A DNA stretch of 64,000 nucleotides from an uncultured Porphyromonadaceae bacterium (GCA_937989585.1 CALKRW010000006.1:2864-66863), one strand, 5' to 3'. Positions 19,070-28,430 are shown, numbered from the stretch's first letter. Numbers and translations: made by a program. The notes: a model not told the origin generated them from the letters alone.

Positions 19070-20386
19070 ATGGGCCAACTCGTAGCCATAGTCGGACGTC
19101 CCAACGTCGGCAAATCAACCCTCTTCAACCGCCTCACCCAGACTCGGACCGCAATCGTCGACCCCACCGCCGGAACAACCCGCGACCGCCAGTACGGCAA
19201 GGTCTTCTGGAACGGCAGGGAATTCTCGATCGTCGACACCGGAGGCTGGGTAGTCGGCAGCGAGGACATCTTCGAGGGCGAGATCAACAAGCAGGTCCAT
19301 CTCGCCATCGAGCAGGCCGACGTCATACTCTTTGTGGTCGACACCATGAACGGCGTCACCGACCTCGACGACCATGTGGCCGAGATACTGCGCAAGTCCA
19401 AGAAGCCCGTCCTTCTGGTCGCCAACAAGGTGGACAGCAACACGTGGATATATAACGTGGCGGAATTCTATTCCCTAGGGCTCGGCGACCCGTATCCCGT
19501 CTCCGGCATCAACGGTTCGGGTACAGGCGACCTTCTCGACGAGATAGTCAAGGACCTTCCCGTCGAGGATGACGACACGGAGCAACTCGACGACATTCCA
19601 AAGTTCGCAATCGTCGGCCGTCCCAATGCGGGCAAGTCATCGCTCATCAACGCCTTCATCGGCGAGGACCGCCACATCGTCACCGACATCGCGGGCACGA
19701 CACGCGACTCCATCTACACGCGCTACAACAAGTTCGGCTTCGACTTCTACCTCGTCGACACAGCCGGCATCCGCAAGAAGAACAAGGTCAACGAGGACAT
19801 CGAGTACTACTCGGTAATCCGCTCGATACGCGCCATCGAGGCCGCCGACGTCTGCATACTCATGATTGACGCCACACGCGGCATCGAGGCCCAGGACGTC
19901 AGCATCTTCTCGCTTATCCAGCGCAACAAGAAAGGGCTCGTCGTAGTTGTAAACAAATGGGACATCGCCGAGGACAAGAGCCAGCAGGCCATCAAGCATT
20001 TCGAGGATGCCATACGACGCCGCTTCGCTCCATTCGATGACTTTCCCATAATCTTCGGCTCGGCGCTGACAAAGCAGCGCATCTTCAAGGTCCTCGAGAC
20101 CGCGAAGGACGTCTACGAGAACCGTCGCCGCGTCATTCCGACATCGCAACTCAACAACTACCTGCTCGAGGTCATCGGCGCCTATCCTCCACCCTCGAAC
20201 AAGGGCAAGTACATCAAGATAAAATACGTAACCATGCTCAAGGGCGCGCAGATACCCACCTTCATCTTCTTCTGCAACCTGCCCCAGTGGGTCAAGGAAC
20301 CCTACCGCCGCTACCTCGAGAACAAAATCCGTGAAAAGTGGAACTTCACCGGCACCCCCATCGCCATCTACATGCGCGAGAAATAA
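19070..20386 (+). CDS. der: ribosome-associated GTPase Der/EngA
   Basis: Two tandem GTPase domains ([12 protein letters not shown] and [12 protein letters not shown]) plus a KH-like C-terminus. Confidence 0.95.
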   Translation: MGQLVAIVGRPNVGKSTLFNRLTQTRTAIVDPTAGTTRDRQYGKVFWNGREFSIVDTGGWVVGSEDIFEGEINKQVHLAIEQADVILFVVDTMNGVTDLDDHVAEILRKSKKPVLLVANKVDSNTWIYNVAEFYSLGLGDPYPVSGINGSGTGDLLDEIVKDLPVEDDDTEQLDDIPKFAIVGRPNAGKSSLINAFIGEDRHIVTDIAGTTRDSIYTRYNKFGFDFYLVDTAGIRKKNKVNEDIEYYSVIRSIRAIEAADVCILMIDATRGIEAQDVSIFSLIQRNKKGLVVVVNKWDIAEDKSQQAIKHFEDAIRRRFAPFDDFPIIFGSALTKQRIFKVLETAKDVYENRRRVIPTSQLNNYLLEVIGAYPPPSNKGKYIKIKYVTMLKGAQIPTFIFFCNLPQWVKEPYRRYLENKIREKWNFTGTPIAIYMREK

Positions 20387-20416
20387 CCCCACACCCTATA
20401 ACAGCCCAATACAATA

Positions 20417-20446
20417 AAAGGAGATGCGTTTGCACCTCCTTTTTGT
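20417..20446 (+). terminator. intrinsic terminator after der
   Basis: aggag...tgc / gca...ctcct stem, followed by tttttgtttt. Confidence 0.6.
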
Positions 20447-20505
20447 TTTATAAAGTATAAAGGCAATAACTGTATCTAAAATGCATTTATTCAAAATAAT
20501 TTGTA

Positions 20506-20513
20506 TATCTTTG
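20506..20513 (+). promoter_or_regulatory. Bacteroidota -7 promoter box (TATCTTTG)
   Basis: Exact TAnnTTTG match about 85 nt upstream of the long hairpin and 400 nt upstream of the next CDS. No convincing -33 element. Confidence 0.4.
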
Positions 20514-20597
20514 CATGTATAGACCGCAAAACTCCAACATTGGAAGATGGCGGGACATAAGACATAGTGAATAGCGTTTATCCGCGCTGATTCTTGA

Positions 20598-20793
20598 CTG
20601 CTTGAGATTCTCGCAAAATTTCTATCGATAGTCAGGGACAAAGCAACGGTAGATGTCCACTGATATGTAATTGTTTTGCATTCGACAAGTTATTCCGTGA
20701 GGAATAGAGTCGGTGTATTAATTACATATACAGGCGTAGGGCTTCTTCGTTGCCGTCCGACTATCGATGGGCAATGCGAGAAGCCTCAAGCAG
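20598..20793 (+). other. 196-nt extended imperfect hairpin (candidate structured RNA or MITE-like palindromic element)
   Basis: Complementary blocks found by hand: 20598-20615 with 20775-20793 (9+8 bp), 20624-20633 with 20759-20768 (10 bp), ggac and gcaacg blocks, 20663-20672 with 20720-20729 (10 bp), cgac with gtcg, and tattcc with ggaata. The tip is closed by GTGA (20697-20700), a GNRA tetraloop only on the plus strand. Confidence 0.6.
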
Positions 20794-20913
20794 TGGGACG
20801 GTAACAGATATAGATTCCTACGCCTTTTACACTCTTTTATTTTGCTGTTGCAAACTTAGAGTTTTTCTTTTATCTACATTTATCATTATCCAATAATCTT
20901 TTAATCTTACAAC

Positions 20914-22362
20914 ATGAAAAAAATCCTATCTTTTGTCACCGCTATCTTGCTCACTGGACAGAGTCTTTCTGCTCTTACAGTAACCCGTTTCGTGAGTCCT
21001 ACAGGGACAGGGGACGGCATGACTGAACAAAATCCGACTTCCGATCTTGGCTCGGTGCTTGCTATCGGAGCGAAAGTTGATCTATTAGAATTAAAAGTGG
21101 CACCAGGCTTTTATTCCCTGAATTTACCAGATACTGGAGAGGGTGTTGCATTTAGTAATATAGTGCTTGACGGTACATGGCATAAAGAAGGCTCGTCCGA
21201 CAAGGTGCGCATTAATTATCCAGGTATTGAGTTTATTAATAGCCAGATAACTAATGTGAGTTTTTCGGGAAGTGTTAGTGTAAAGGGGGGAGCCCTTGTA
21301 AATTGTGACGCCGACAGAATAATGACATTAGACCTCAATGGTGGAAACGGAATGTTAAAGAAATGCAATGCCAAAGGATTTCAAATTACTAACTGGGCTC
21401 ACCGGTCCAACACAGAAGCCCAACTCATATCATGTAATACTACGGGAAATGGTGGTTATGGTCTGTCGGGTAAAAACATAGGAACGTTAGCAGTGATAGA
21501 TTGCAACTTTAATAACAATGCAGAAGGAGGTGTGAATATTGACGGATGTAAAAGAGCAAGATTTGAAAATTGTCAGTTTAACTACAATTCCGGCGATGGG
21601 GCATTGCGGTTTGTAGAATTTGATAATTCAGGCATTGTATATTTTGATAAATGTACATTTCTTTACAATAAAGTTACTTCAAATCATTGCTACAACATAT
21701 ATGTTTATAGCAATGCTTCTTTCCGGGATTGTCTTTTCGTTGGAAATACAGAGAAAGATTACGACCGTAAGGGAATAGTCCATCTCGTCAGGCCTGATTT
21801 TAATGTGGTTAATTGTACATTTATTGACAATAAAGGAGCGCTTGAACTTGAAAGTTTTTATCCATCAAGATATCAGATTTCCAACTGTGCCTTCTGGAAC
21901 AATGGACCAACTAATGTTTATACAGATGCCAGGGAAGATGTACCTTTGGAAAGATGTGCCATGGACCATGGTACAGGAGTGTCTGAACTTGATGCACAGA
22001 AAGGCATAATCAGGTTAACTGCAGAAAACAAGGGCTTTGAATTTACCGGAACAGAAGTTGTACTTCAACCAAATTCAATTCTTGTCAACAATGGAGAAAA
22101 TCGAAGTGTATTAGATAAGGATATTTTTTATCACCCTCGTAATGCTTTTGGAGGGACTGACATTGGATGTGTAGAATATGTGACCGGCGAAGGCTTATGG
22201 AAACCAGACTCAATGACAGTAAGTACCTATGATTGCAATTATTATCTTGCAAAGGCAACCGTAGGGTCTAATGACTACTATTGTCTCTTCCCGGAATACC
22301 GCAAAGAAAGTGGTGATTACAATATCCAGAGTTATTTCACAGACTTTATTTATCTCGATTAG
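20914..22362 (+). CDS. secreted right-handed parallel beta-helix repeat protein
   Basis: Signal peptide MKKILSFVTAILLTGQSLSA. Repeated Asn/Gly/Cys-rich turns (CNFNNNAEGGVNIDGC, CQFNYNSGDGALRF) are typical of PbH1 repeats. Lies in an AT-rich islet. Confidence 0.65.
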   Translation: MKKILSFVTAILLTGQSLSALTVTRFVSPTGTGDGMTEQNPTSDLGSVLAIGAKVDLLELKVAPGFYSLNLPDTGEGVAFSNIVLDGTWHKEGSSDKVRINYPGIEFINSQITNVSFSGSVSVKGGALVNCDADRIMTLDLNGGNGMLKKCNAKGFQITNWAHRSNTEAQLISCNTTGNGGYGLSGKNIGTLAVIDCNFNNNAEGGVNIDGCKRARFENCQFNYNSGDGALRFVEFDNSGIVYFDKCTFLYNKVTSNHCYNIYVYSNASFRDCLFVGNTEKDYDRKGIVHLVRPDFNVVNCTFIDNKGALELESFYPSRYQISNCAFWNNGPTNVYTDAREDVPLERCAMDHGTGVSELDAQKGIIRLTAENKGFEFTGTEVVLQPNSILVNNGENRSVLDKDIFYHPRNAFGGTDIGCVEYVTGEGLWKPDSMTVSTYDCNYYLAKATVGSNDYYCLFPEYRKESGDYNIQSYFTDFIYLD

Positions 22363-22662
22363 ATGCCGGTCAAGCCCAAGACTCACTTTAAAAACATTAT
22401 GATTGAGAGGCATACAGGCACCAACGGAGGTTATTTGGTTGATGTCCTTGCGTACCTTCCCGAGCGTGGAGACGGCCCCTGGGTTACTTTGACGGCCGAA
22501 GGTTACAGTTCGATTAAGGAACGACCTGTTGTAAAAGTTGTAGATGGGGATATTAAGTTCATAAAGCAACAGAAAGTAACGCCTAAGAAGAGTACGAAGA
22601 AAGTTGGCAAAACTGGATCTAAACCCTTGCCATCTCGTCGCAAACGTTCAGCCGGCAGATAA
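22363..22662 (+). CDS. small protein with a Lys/Arg-rich tail, function unknown
   Basis: The ATG directly abuts the TAG stop of the beta-helix gene. 99 aa ending KKSTKKVGKTGSKPLPSRRKRSAGR. No family recognised. Confidence 0.45.
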   Translation: MPVKPKTHFKNIMIERHTGTNGGYLVDVLAYLPERGDGPWVTLTAEGYSSIKERPVVKVVDGDIKFIKQQKVTPKKSTKKVGKTGSKPLPSRRKRSAGR

Positions 22663-22696
22663 TATTCAATCCAAAACAGATAGCATTTGAACTTTA

Positions 22697-22740
22697 AGGA
22701 GGATGTATCACATATAACGATGTGATACATCCTCCTTTTT
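22697..22740. terminator. strong terminator hairpin between convergent genes
   Basis: 16-bp perfect stem (aggaggatgtatcaca pairs with tgtgatacatcctcct) with an 8-nt loop, followed by ttttt. Confidence 0.8.
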
Positions 22741-22762
22741 CGATAGTTATGTGGGGAAGGAA

Positions 22763-23038
22763 TTAGTCCTTGAACAGTTCGGAATGGGAACCGAGTCTGA
22801 ACAGCGCAAGCGTATCGTTTTGTTCGTCATACCATATAAGCAAAAAGTCTCCCTCGATATGGCATTCCAAACACCCTGAATAATCTCCTTTCAGAGTATG
22901 CAGACGATATTTTTCGGGTAATGGCATATCATTCCGTAACATATTCAGGACTTGCTGTAGTTCCTTAAGTTTTTTAGGTTGGTTGAGGAATCTCTTTAAG
23001 TCCTTCTTGAATTGTCGCGTATAGCGAAGTTCTTTCAT
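22763..23038 (-). CDS. type II toxin, YafQ/RelE family mRNA interferase
   Basis: 91 aa. HTLKGDYSGCLECHIEGDFLLIWY matches the YafQ/RelE core. There is a 4-nt ATGA overlap with the upstream antitoxin. Confidence 0.85.
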   Translation of the reverse strand: MKELRYTRQFKKDLKRFLNQPKKLKELQQVLNMLRNDMPLPEKYRLHTLKGDYSGCLECHIEGDFLLIWYDEQNDTLALFRLGSHSELFKD

Positions 23039-23286
23039 AAGTCCATGGATTTGAGCATCGCTTCGACGCTCGAGGTGTCAATCGGACCTTCGAGGTTGCC
23101 GGACTTGGCTTCGTTCATGGCTACGATTGTTTCTTCATTTGGTTCATGATATACTGCGTCGAGTAACAGGCCTTCAACATAATTGTTAAGGCTGCGACGG
23201 TCTTTCTGCGCAAGTTCCTTCAGTTTGTCCAAAAGATAGACAGGTAGACGGAACACGTGGGCTTTTTTTTCGAGTGCTATGTCCAT
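23035..23286 (-). CDS. putative antitoxin (RHH-like N-terminus) of the YafQ/RelE pair
   Basis: RLPVYLLDKLKELAQKDRRSLNNYVEGLL resembles a ribbon-helix-helix. The position and overlap are classic for a type II toxin-antitoxin pair. Start set at MDIALEKK, downstream of the promoter box. Confidence 0.65.
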   Translation of the reverse strand: MDIALEKKAHVFRLPVYLLDKLKELAQKDRRSLNNYVEGLLLDAVYHEPNEETIVAMNEAKSGNLEGPIDTSSVEAMLKSMDL

Positions 23287-23305
23287 GATGATATCATTTT
23301 GATTG

Positions 23306-23313
23306 CAAAGATA
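23306..23313 (-). promoter_or_regulatory. Bacteroidota -7 promoter box (TATCTTTG on the minus strand) for the toxin-antitoxin operon
   Basis: Plus-strand caaagata, 20 nt upstream of the ATG at 23286. Confidence 0.55.
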
Positions 23314-23392
23314 AGTCATTTTATAATCACGAACAAATCTTATTCGTAAAATGTTTTTCGAAATTTTATTTTTAGAACAAACAGATAAAAAG

Positions 23393-23425
23393 AAATCCCT
23401 CGAGTTGAAGCACTTCGAGGGATTT
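23393..23425 (-). terminator. intrinsic terminator downstream of the NTP-transferase gene
   Basis: aaatccctcga pairs with tcgagggattt (11-bp stem). In minus sense it is followed by ctttttatc. Confidence 0.7.
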
Positions 23426-23444
23426 ATATTGCGGTATGGATGGC

Positions 23445-24152
23445 TTATTTGTTGAGGAGGAAGGCGCGGGCGGTGGCGATGTCGCCCGCGTGATCGACGT
23501 CGACGATCTTGTCGAAGGCGTCGGCGCGGAGGCGCAGGCCGGCTTCGATGAGTGCGCGCTGGTAGTTGCGCATGCGGCTGACGCCGCGCGACATGCAGTC
23601 CTCGAGAACGGTGACGGCACGGCCTGTCAGTCCGTAGACGCCGCCCGAGATGTATTTCACTCCGGGGAAGGGAGCGTCGCGGAACGCTGTAATCCAGCCA
23701 TCGGCGTCGACATCGATGTAGAGGGGCTTCTCGTCATCGATGAACGAGGTCACGGCCATGTGTCCGTCGGCCTGATCGTCATCGGCGAAGGCGCGTGCGT
23801 AGCGGCGGAACTCGTCTTCGCGGAAGATGGTGTCGACGGTGGTGAGGATGAATTTGTCATCGGGATTCTCGAATATGCGCGAGACCTCGTAGAACGAGTG
23901 CATCGACGAGGGTGTAGACTTGACAACGAGATGCAGGGGTACGGGCAGTTCGAGGGACTCGAGATACTCGCGGACGGCTGTCATCTGCTCGTTGACGATG
24001 ATTGAGATGCGCTCGGCGTCGCAGGAGAGGAATATGTCGATGAGGCGGCGAATCATGGGACGTCCGTCAAGGTCGACCAGGGGCTTGGGAAGGGCCACGC
24101 CTTCCTGCACGAGACGCGAGCCTTCGCCGGCGGCTATTATTGCGTAGTTCAT
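23445..24152 (-). CDS. sugar/alcohol-phosphate nucleotidyltransferase (NTP_transferase fold)
   Basis: N-terminal IIAAGEGSRL...LPKPLV matches the G-x-G-t-R-l...K-p nucleotidyltransferase signature. 235 aa. Confidence 0.8.
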   Translation of the reverse strand: MNYAIIAAGEGSRLVQEGVALPKPLVDLDGRPMIRRLIDIFLSCDAERISIIVNEQMTAVREYLESLELPVPLHLVVKSTPSSMHSFYEVSRIFENPDDKFILTTVDTIFREDEFRRYARAFADDDQADGHMAVTSFIDDEKPLYIDVDADGWITAFRDAPFPGVKYISGGVYGLTGRAVTVLEDCMSRGVSRMRNYQRALIEAGLRLRADAFDKIVDVDHAGDIATARAFLLNK

Positions 24153-24225
24153 TGTTTATTGAGTTTGAAGGGGTGATGAACACAGAACGGCAGGTCCGTC
24201 GGGACTTGCCGTCTGTGTGTGAGGT

Positions 24226-25422
24226 TTAAAGGTCTTCCTCGATGGAGAACTCGTCGTCGATGTCGGAACTGAGGTTGAGTTTGCCGTCGGAGGTGACAAT
24301 GTCTGCGTCGGGGTCGGCGAAGGTCTCGGCCTTTTCGTCGCTTTCGGCCTGGGACTTCTTGGGCGAGGGATGCATGCCGTTGGAGTTCTCGCGGAGCGCA
24401 GCGGCGATTTTCTCGGCGATCTCGTCGGCCAGTTCCGGGTTGTCGCTGAGCATTCGTTTTGCGGCGACTGCGCCCTGGGCGAGTTTGTTGCCGTCGTAGG
24501 AGAACCACGAGCCGGACTTCTTGATGATGTCGTACTCGACGCCGAGATCAAGGATTTCACCGGCGCGGGATATGCCCTGTCCGAACATGATGTCGAACTC
24601 GCACTTGCGGAAGGGGGGTGCGACCTTGTTCTTCACGACCTTGACCACGGCGCGGCGGCCAAGGATGTCGTCGCCGTCCTTGATGGTCGAGCGCGAGCGG
24701 ATGTCGAGGCGCACCGAGGCGTAGAACTTCAGGGCGTTGCCGCCGGTGGTTGTCTCCGAGGGACCGAACATGACGCCGATTTTCTCGCGCAGCTGGTTGA
24801 TGAATATGCAGGTGGTGTTGGTCTTCGCGATGATGGAGGTTAGTTTGCGCATGGCCTGAGACATCAGGCGGGCCTGCAGGCCGACGTTGCGGTCGCCCAT
24901 CTCGCCCTCGATCTCGCCCTTGGGAGTCAGCGCGGCCACCGAGTCGACAACCAGCACGTCGATTGCCGACGAGCGTATGAGTTGTTCGGCGATTTCCAGG
25001 GCCTGCTCGCCGTTGTCGGGCTGGGAGATGAGGAGTTCGTTTATGTCTACGCCGAGCGACTGGGCGTAGAAGCGGTCGAAGGCGTGTTCGGCGTCGATGA
25101 TGGCGCAGACGCCGCCCTGTTTCTGGGCCTCGGCGATGGCGTGGATGGCGAGTGTGGTCTTGCCGGACGATTCGGGACCGTAGATCTCGACGATGCGTCC
25201 GCGGGGATAACCGCCTACGCCGAGCGCATAGTCAAGGCCGATCGAGCCGGAGGGAATGACCTCGACATCCTCGACGCAGTCATCGCCAAGACGCATCACG
25301 GCGCCGCGGCCATAGTCTTTTTCGATTTTGCCGAGTGCGGCGTTCAAGGCTTCGAGCCTGACCTTCTTGGGGTCGGCTGCGGGAGCCGCCTTCTTGGCGG
25401 CGGTCTTTTTGGGTTTTTCCAT
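24226..25422 (-). CDS. recA: recombinase RecA
   Basis: Walker [12 protein letters not shown] and the full RecA core. Start set at MEKPKK (25422) because a TATCTTTG box at 25477-25484 lies inside the longer ORF. Confidence 0.95.
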   Translation of the reverse strand: MEKPKKTAAKKAAPAADPKKVRLEALNAALGKIEKDYGRGAVMRLGDDCVEDVEVIPSGSIGLDYALGVGGYPRGRIVEIYGPESSGKTTLAIHAIAEAQKQGGVCAIIDAEHAFDRFYAQSLGVDINELLISQPDNGEQALEIAEQLIRSSAIDVLVVDSVAALTPKGEIEGEMGDRNVGLQARLMSQAMRKLTSIIAKTNTTCIFINQLREKIGVMFGPSETTTGGNALKFYASVRLDIRSRSTIKDGDDILGRRAVVKVVKNKVAPPFRKCEFDIMFGQGISRAGEILDLGVEYDIIKKSGSWFSYDGNKLAQGAVAAKRMLSDNPELADEIAEKIAAALRENSNGMHPSPKKSQAESDEKAETFADPDADIVTSDGKLNLSSDIDDEFSIEEDL

Positions 25423-25476
25423 ATTGTATGATTTTTTTATTTGTTTCTTGTTTTGTGGAGTTTTGCTTATGTATTG

Positions 25477-25484
25477 CAAAGATA
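25477..25484 (-). promoter_or_regulatory. Bacteroidota -7 promoter box (TATCTTTG on the minus strand) for recA
   Basis: Plus-strand caaagata, 55 nt upstream of the ATG at 25422. Confidence 0.55.
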
Positions 25485-25658
25485 CGAAATTTCACGGGAA
25501 ATTCGGTTGCACACCTGTGTTAAACTTTATATAAAGAAATTTTATATTTTCGGGGTAGTTCTTTGCAAATTAAAGATTTAAGTGTTTTATGCGAGAAAAC
25601 CTGAAAAATTTTTTTCAAATCTGTCGAACAAACAATCCTGCTTCGGCGCTAAATACAG

Positions 25659-25681
25659 AAAAGCGAAACAAAACGCTTTTT
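25659..25681. terminator. small bidirectional terminator
   Basis: aaaagcg-(8 nt)-cgctttt, with an A-run and a T-run on either side. Confidence 0.45.
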
Positions 25682-25716
25682 CCCATTGCAAGAAATGTGA
25701 TAATGATTGGTTTATT

Positions 25717-25756
25717 ATTAATTATGGAGACTCCGGGAGGCGTCTCCATAATTAAT
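25717..25756. other. 15-bp stem hairpin between the HAD operon and the recA promoter
   Basis: attaattatggagac pairs with gtctccataattaat, with a 10-nt GC-rich loop. Probably an insulating terminator. Confidence 0.5.
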
Positions 25757-25815
25757 TTTAAACGCCTTGTATTTTTTAAGCGATCCCGCGGATTGTTGTC
25801 GCGGGGATTGGCTTA

Positions 25816-26550
25816 TCAACGGACAAGCGCGGCAAGCGAGTCGATCTGTGACGGGTCGGTGGCGGCGTCTTCCGCGGCTGTCCAGCCGCGTCCTTTTATC
25901 CATGCGGTGTGACAGCCGATGGAACGTGCCGGGAGTATGTCCTTGCGAAGCGAGTCGCCGACTACGAGGACTTCTTCGGGCTTCATGCCCAGGGCAACCA
26001 CTCCGAGCATGAATATGCGGGCGTCGGGCTTGCGTACGCCCACGACGGCGCTCTCTATCACGCCCTGGAAGTATCCGCGCAGGCCGAAGTCGCGGAGCAC
26101 CTCGTCGACATTGCCGTAGAAGTTTGACACGAGGACAAGGGGATATTCCGAGGCGAGTTTCGCAATGACGGGAATGGCCTCGGCGATGCACTCTCTGGCG
26201 TAGCCGTAGCAGTACTCGGCAACCTCCAGGGCCTTGGTCTCGATGTCGTCGGGCGAGATTCCGTCGAGATCACACAGTCTCTTGAGTTCGATGCGCATTT
26301 TCTTCTGCAGCAGTGTCAGGAAGTTGTCGCCCGGAAGTATGTGCCTGTGTCGGGCGAGCTCGCGCTCGGCCTCGACATAGCAGTCGCGGAATGTCTCCTC
26401 CGGTACTTCGATTCCGGCCGCGTCCCAGCCTTTGCGTATTATGTGCGCCCAGTGGTCGCCGCGTGTGTCGATGGTGCCTCCGTAGTCGAATATTATGCCG
26501 CGTACCCCGGAGGGTATCGCCTTGAAGTCTTGCTTTTCGTTGTCTGTCAT
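25816..26550 (-). CDS. HAD-superfamily hydrolase
   Basis: Motif I variant IIFDYGGTID and motif IV VVGDSLRKD. 244 aa. Confidence 0.75.
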   Translation of the reverse strand: MTDNEKQDFKAIPSGVRGIIFDYGGTIDTRGDHWAHIIRKGWDAAGIEVPEETFRDCYVEAERELARHRHILPGDNFLTLLQKKMRIELKRLCDLDGISPDDIETKALEVAEYCYGYARECIAEAIPVIAKLASEYPLVLVSNFYGNVDEVLRDFGLRGYFQGVIESAVVGVRKPDARIFMLGVVALGMKPEEVLVVGDSLRKDILPARSIGCHTAWIKGRGWTAAEDAATDPSQIDSLAALVR

Positions 26551-26562
26551 TTTGCTATGTGT

Positions 26563-27504
26563 TCAGTATTTGCCTTCCTTTACTTCTGTCGCGAACTTGC
26601 GGCATATGCGTTCGTGGCGCACTACCATGTAGACCAGCAGCAGGTTGAGGATGACGAGTTCGAATGCGAAGTACAGCCACGGCATGCATGCGAATATAGC
26701 CGTGAACAGGGCGATGGTGCGCCAGTTGAACGAAAGGATGTTGGTGTACTTCATCAGCGGCAGCGAGGCGCGGCGGAAATCGCGGCGGAACGTGTGGGGA
26801 ATCCTGCCGTCGGGCCAGCGTTCGGCAATCGCGCGGCGCAGGCGCTGCATCGAGGGTGTCATCGCCTCCTGGCTGACGGTATAGTTCGTATAGAAGGTCA
26901 GAACGAGTTTCTGCCAGAAGTTCCTGCTCCACGACAGCGCGGCGAGTTTTTTCTTCAGGCCTTCGGCGTTCTCGAGTTCCGAACCCTCCTCTCCTTTCAG
27001 GAAATACAGATGGAACTGGCGGTAGTAGTCGGCCATTGCGGCCTGCTTGGCGTGGCACAGGCCGGTGACCACGGCGATGACCCATATGAGCCACGGGTGG
27101 GCCATGAAGAAGTCCGAGGTATAGTTCTCGCGCAGGCAGATGGCTATGTATATCGAGGCGAACCACAGGTCGCCGGCCATGCCGTCGAGTATGCGGCCTA
27201 TGCGCGAGTACTGTTTGGTCATGCGCGCCAGCTGGCCGTCGGCGCTGTCGAACGAGTTGGCCCATACCAGCAGAGCCATGCCCGCCACGTTTATCCACAT
27301 GTTGTCGAAATAGAAGCACACGCCGGCGGCGATGCCCAGGAATATCGATGCTATGGTGATAGCGTTCGGCTTCACGCCGAGGCGGGCCGCGAGACATGCC
27401 CATGCGTAGCCGATGGGCCGGTAGAACGCCAGGTCGATGTGCTCCTCGGTGTCACTGCTCTTCAGCGTGTCGCGGTATGAGGTCTTTGTTTGGGTTTCAG
27501 TCAT
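26563..27504 (-). CDS. CDP-alcohol phosphatidyltransferase family protein
   Basis: DSADGQLAR...GRILDGMAGD matches D-x2-D-G-x2-A-R...G-x3-D-x3-D. Polytopic membrane protein. Confidence 0.9.
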   Translation of the reverse strand: MTETQTKTSYRDTLKSSDTEEHIDLAFYRPIGYAWACLAARLGVKPNAITIASIFLGIAAGVCFYFDNMWINVAGMALLVWANSFDSADGQLARMTKQYSRIGRILDGMAGDLWFASIYIAICLRENYTSDFFMAHPWLIWVIAVVTGLCHAKQAAMADYYRQFHLYFLKGEEGSELENAEGLKKKLAALSWSRNFWQKLVLTFYTNYTVSQEAMTPSMQRLRRAIAERWPDGRIPHTFRRDFRRASLPLMKYTNILSFNWRTIALFTAIFACMPWLYFAFELVILNLLLVYMVVRHERICRKFATEVKEGKY

Positions 27505-27569
27505 TGTCTTTGCTTGTTCTTGGTGGGTGTCGGGCAGCGGGCCTTGGTGTTCGGCCCGTCGCTTTGCTC

Positions 27570-28430
27570 TCAGCGGTTCTTGACTGCGGCGATGATGGCC
27601 TTGGCGATGTGGGGGCCGGCCTCGTCGCGGCAGGGCGCGAACGATGGCCAGTCGTTGAAGTCGATGATGCGTATGTCCCCCTCGGGCGAGACTATGCAGT
27701 CGCCGCCGTAGATCAGCACATCAAGTTCCTCGGCTGCATGCTGGCATATGGAGCGCAGATAGTCGCGGTCGAAAGGTAGTCCCTTGGCGGCGCCGTTTAT
27801 GGCCTCGTAGCCGTATTTGCTGTGTCCGGCCTCGAATGGATAGAACCAGTAGAAGAAGTCCGATCCGCGTATGCCGTAGAACTTTATGAGGTCGCCTTCG
27901 AGGTGGCGGTTGATTACCGCGCGCTTGATGCCGCGCAGGAAGTATTCCTGAAGCACCTCCTGCGCCTCCTGCGGGTGACGCACGAACGACACGTCCTCCT
28001 TGTGCATGGCGTGGAAGTCGCCGCGCTTTATCCAGCAGTGCTCGTAGCCTCCCTTGACCAGGGCGTCGACCACGCCTTCGTCGGTGTTGACGATGAGGCT
28101 CTCGGGGTAGGGGATGTTCGAGCCGACGAGTATGCGTGTCATACGCTCGCGGGTGCAGTTCTCGATGCCGTAGCCCGAGTTGATCACAAGGCAGCCGTCA
28201 TCCTCCAGTTGCTGGAGACGCTTGATCGAGCGTTGCTCGCGGCACATGTTGACGATGATGCGTTCGTTCACCGCGCCGTTGGCGAGTTGTTCCTCGGAGT
28301 AGATGTTTACCTCGCAGCCGCGCTTGCGCAACTGGTCGGCGGTGATGTTGAAGATGGCGGCGTCGTTGCCGATATGGTTTGGGGAATAGGCGCCGGCGCG
28401 CATTACGCCGGCTATTTTGATTTCGGCCAT
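27570..28430 (-). CDS. ATP-grasp-like protein, function unknown
   Basis: The order and length of the blocks WIKRGDFHAMHKEDV, LEGDLIKFYG and IRIIDFNDWP resemble an ATP-grasp fold. Start set at MAEIK, downstream of the promoter box. Confidence 0.5.
   Translation of the reverse strand: MAEIKIAGVMRAGAYSPNHIGNDAAIFNITADQLRKRGCEVNIYSEEQLANGAVNERIIVNMCREQRSIKRLQQLEDDGCLVINSGYGIENCTRERMTRILVGSNIPYPESLIVNTDEGVVDALVKGGYEHCWIKRGDFHAMHKEDVSFVRHPQEAQEVLQEYFLRGIKRAVINRHLEGDLIKFYGIRGSDFFYWFYPFEAGHSKYGYEAINGAAKGLPFDRDYLRSICQHAAEELDVLIYGGDCIVSPEGDIRIIDFNDWPSFAPCRDEAGPHIAKAIIAAVKNR

Noticed and set aside
20598-20793. Interpretation as an invertible (phase-variable) promoter flanked by inverted repeats
   Set aside because: Complementarity is not confined to the ends. 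It continues block by block to a tetraloop tip, which fits a hairpin or palindromic element rather than an inverton. No recombinase gene is nearby. DNA inversion is not strictly excluded.
25589-25912. 107-aa ORF in the recA/HAD intergenic region
   Set aside because: It runs straight through the 15-bp hairpin and into the 3' end of the HAD gene on the opposite strand. It has no supporting signals.
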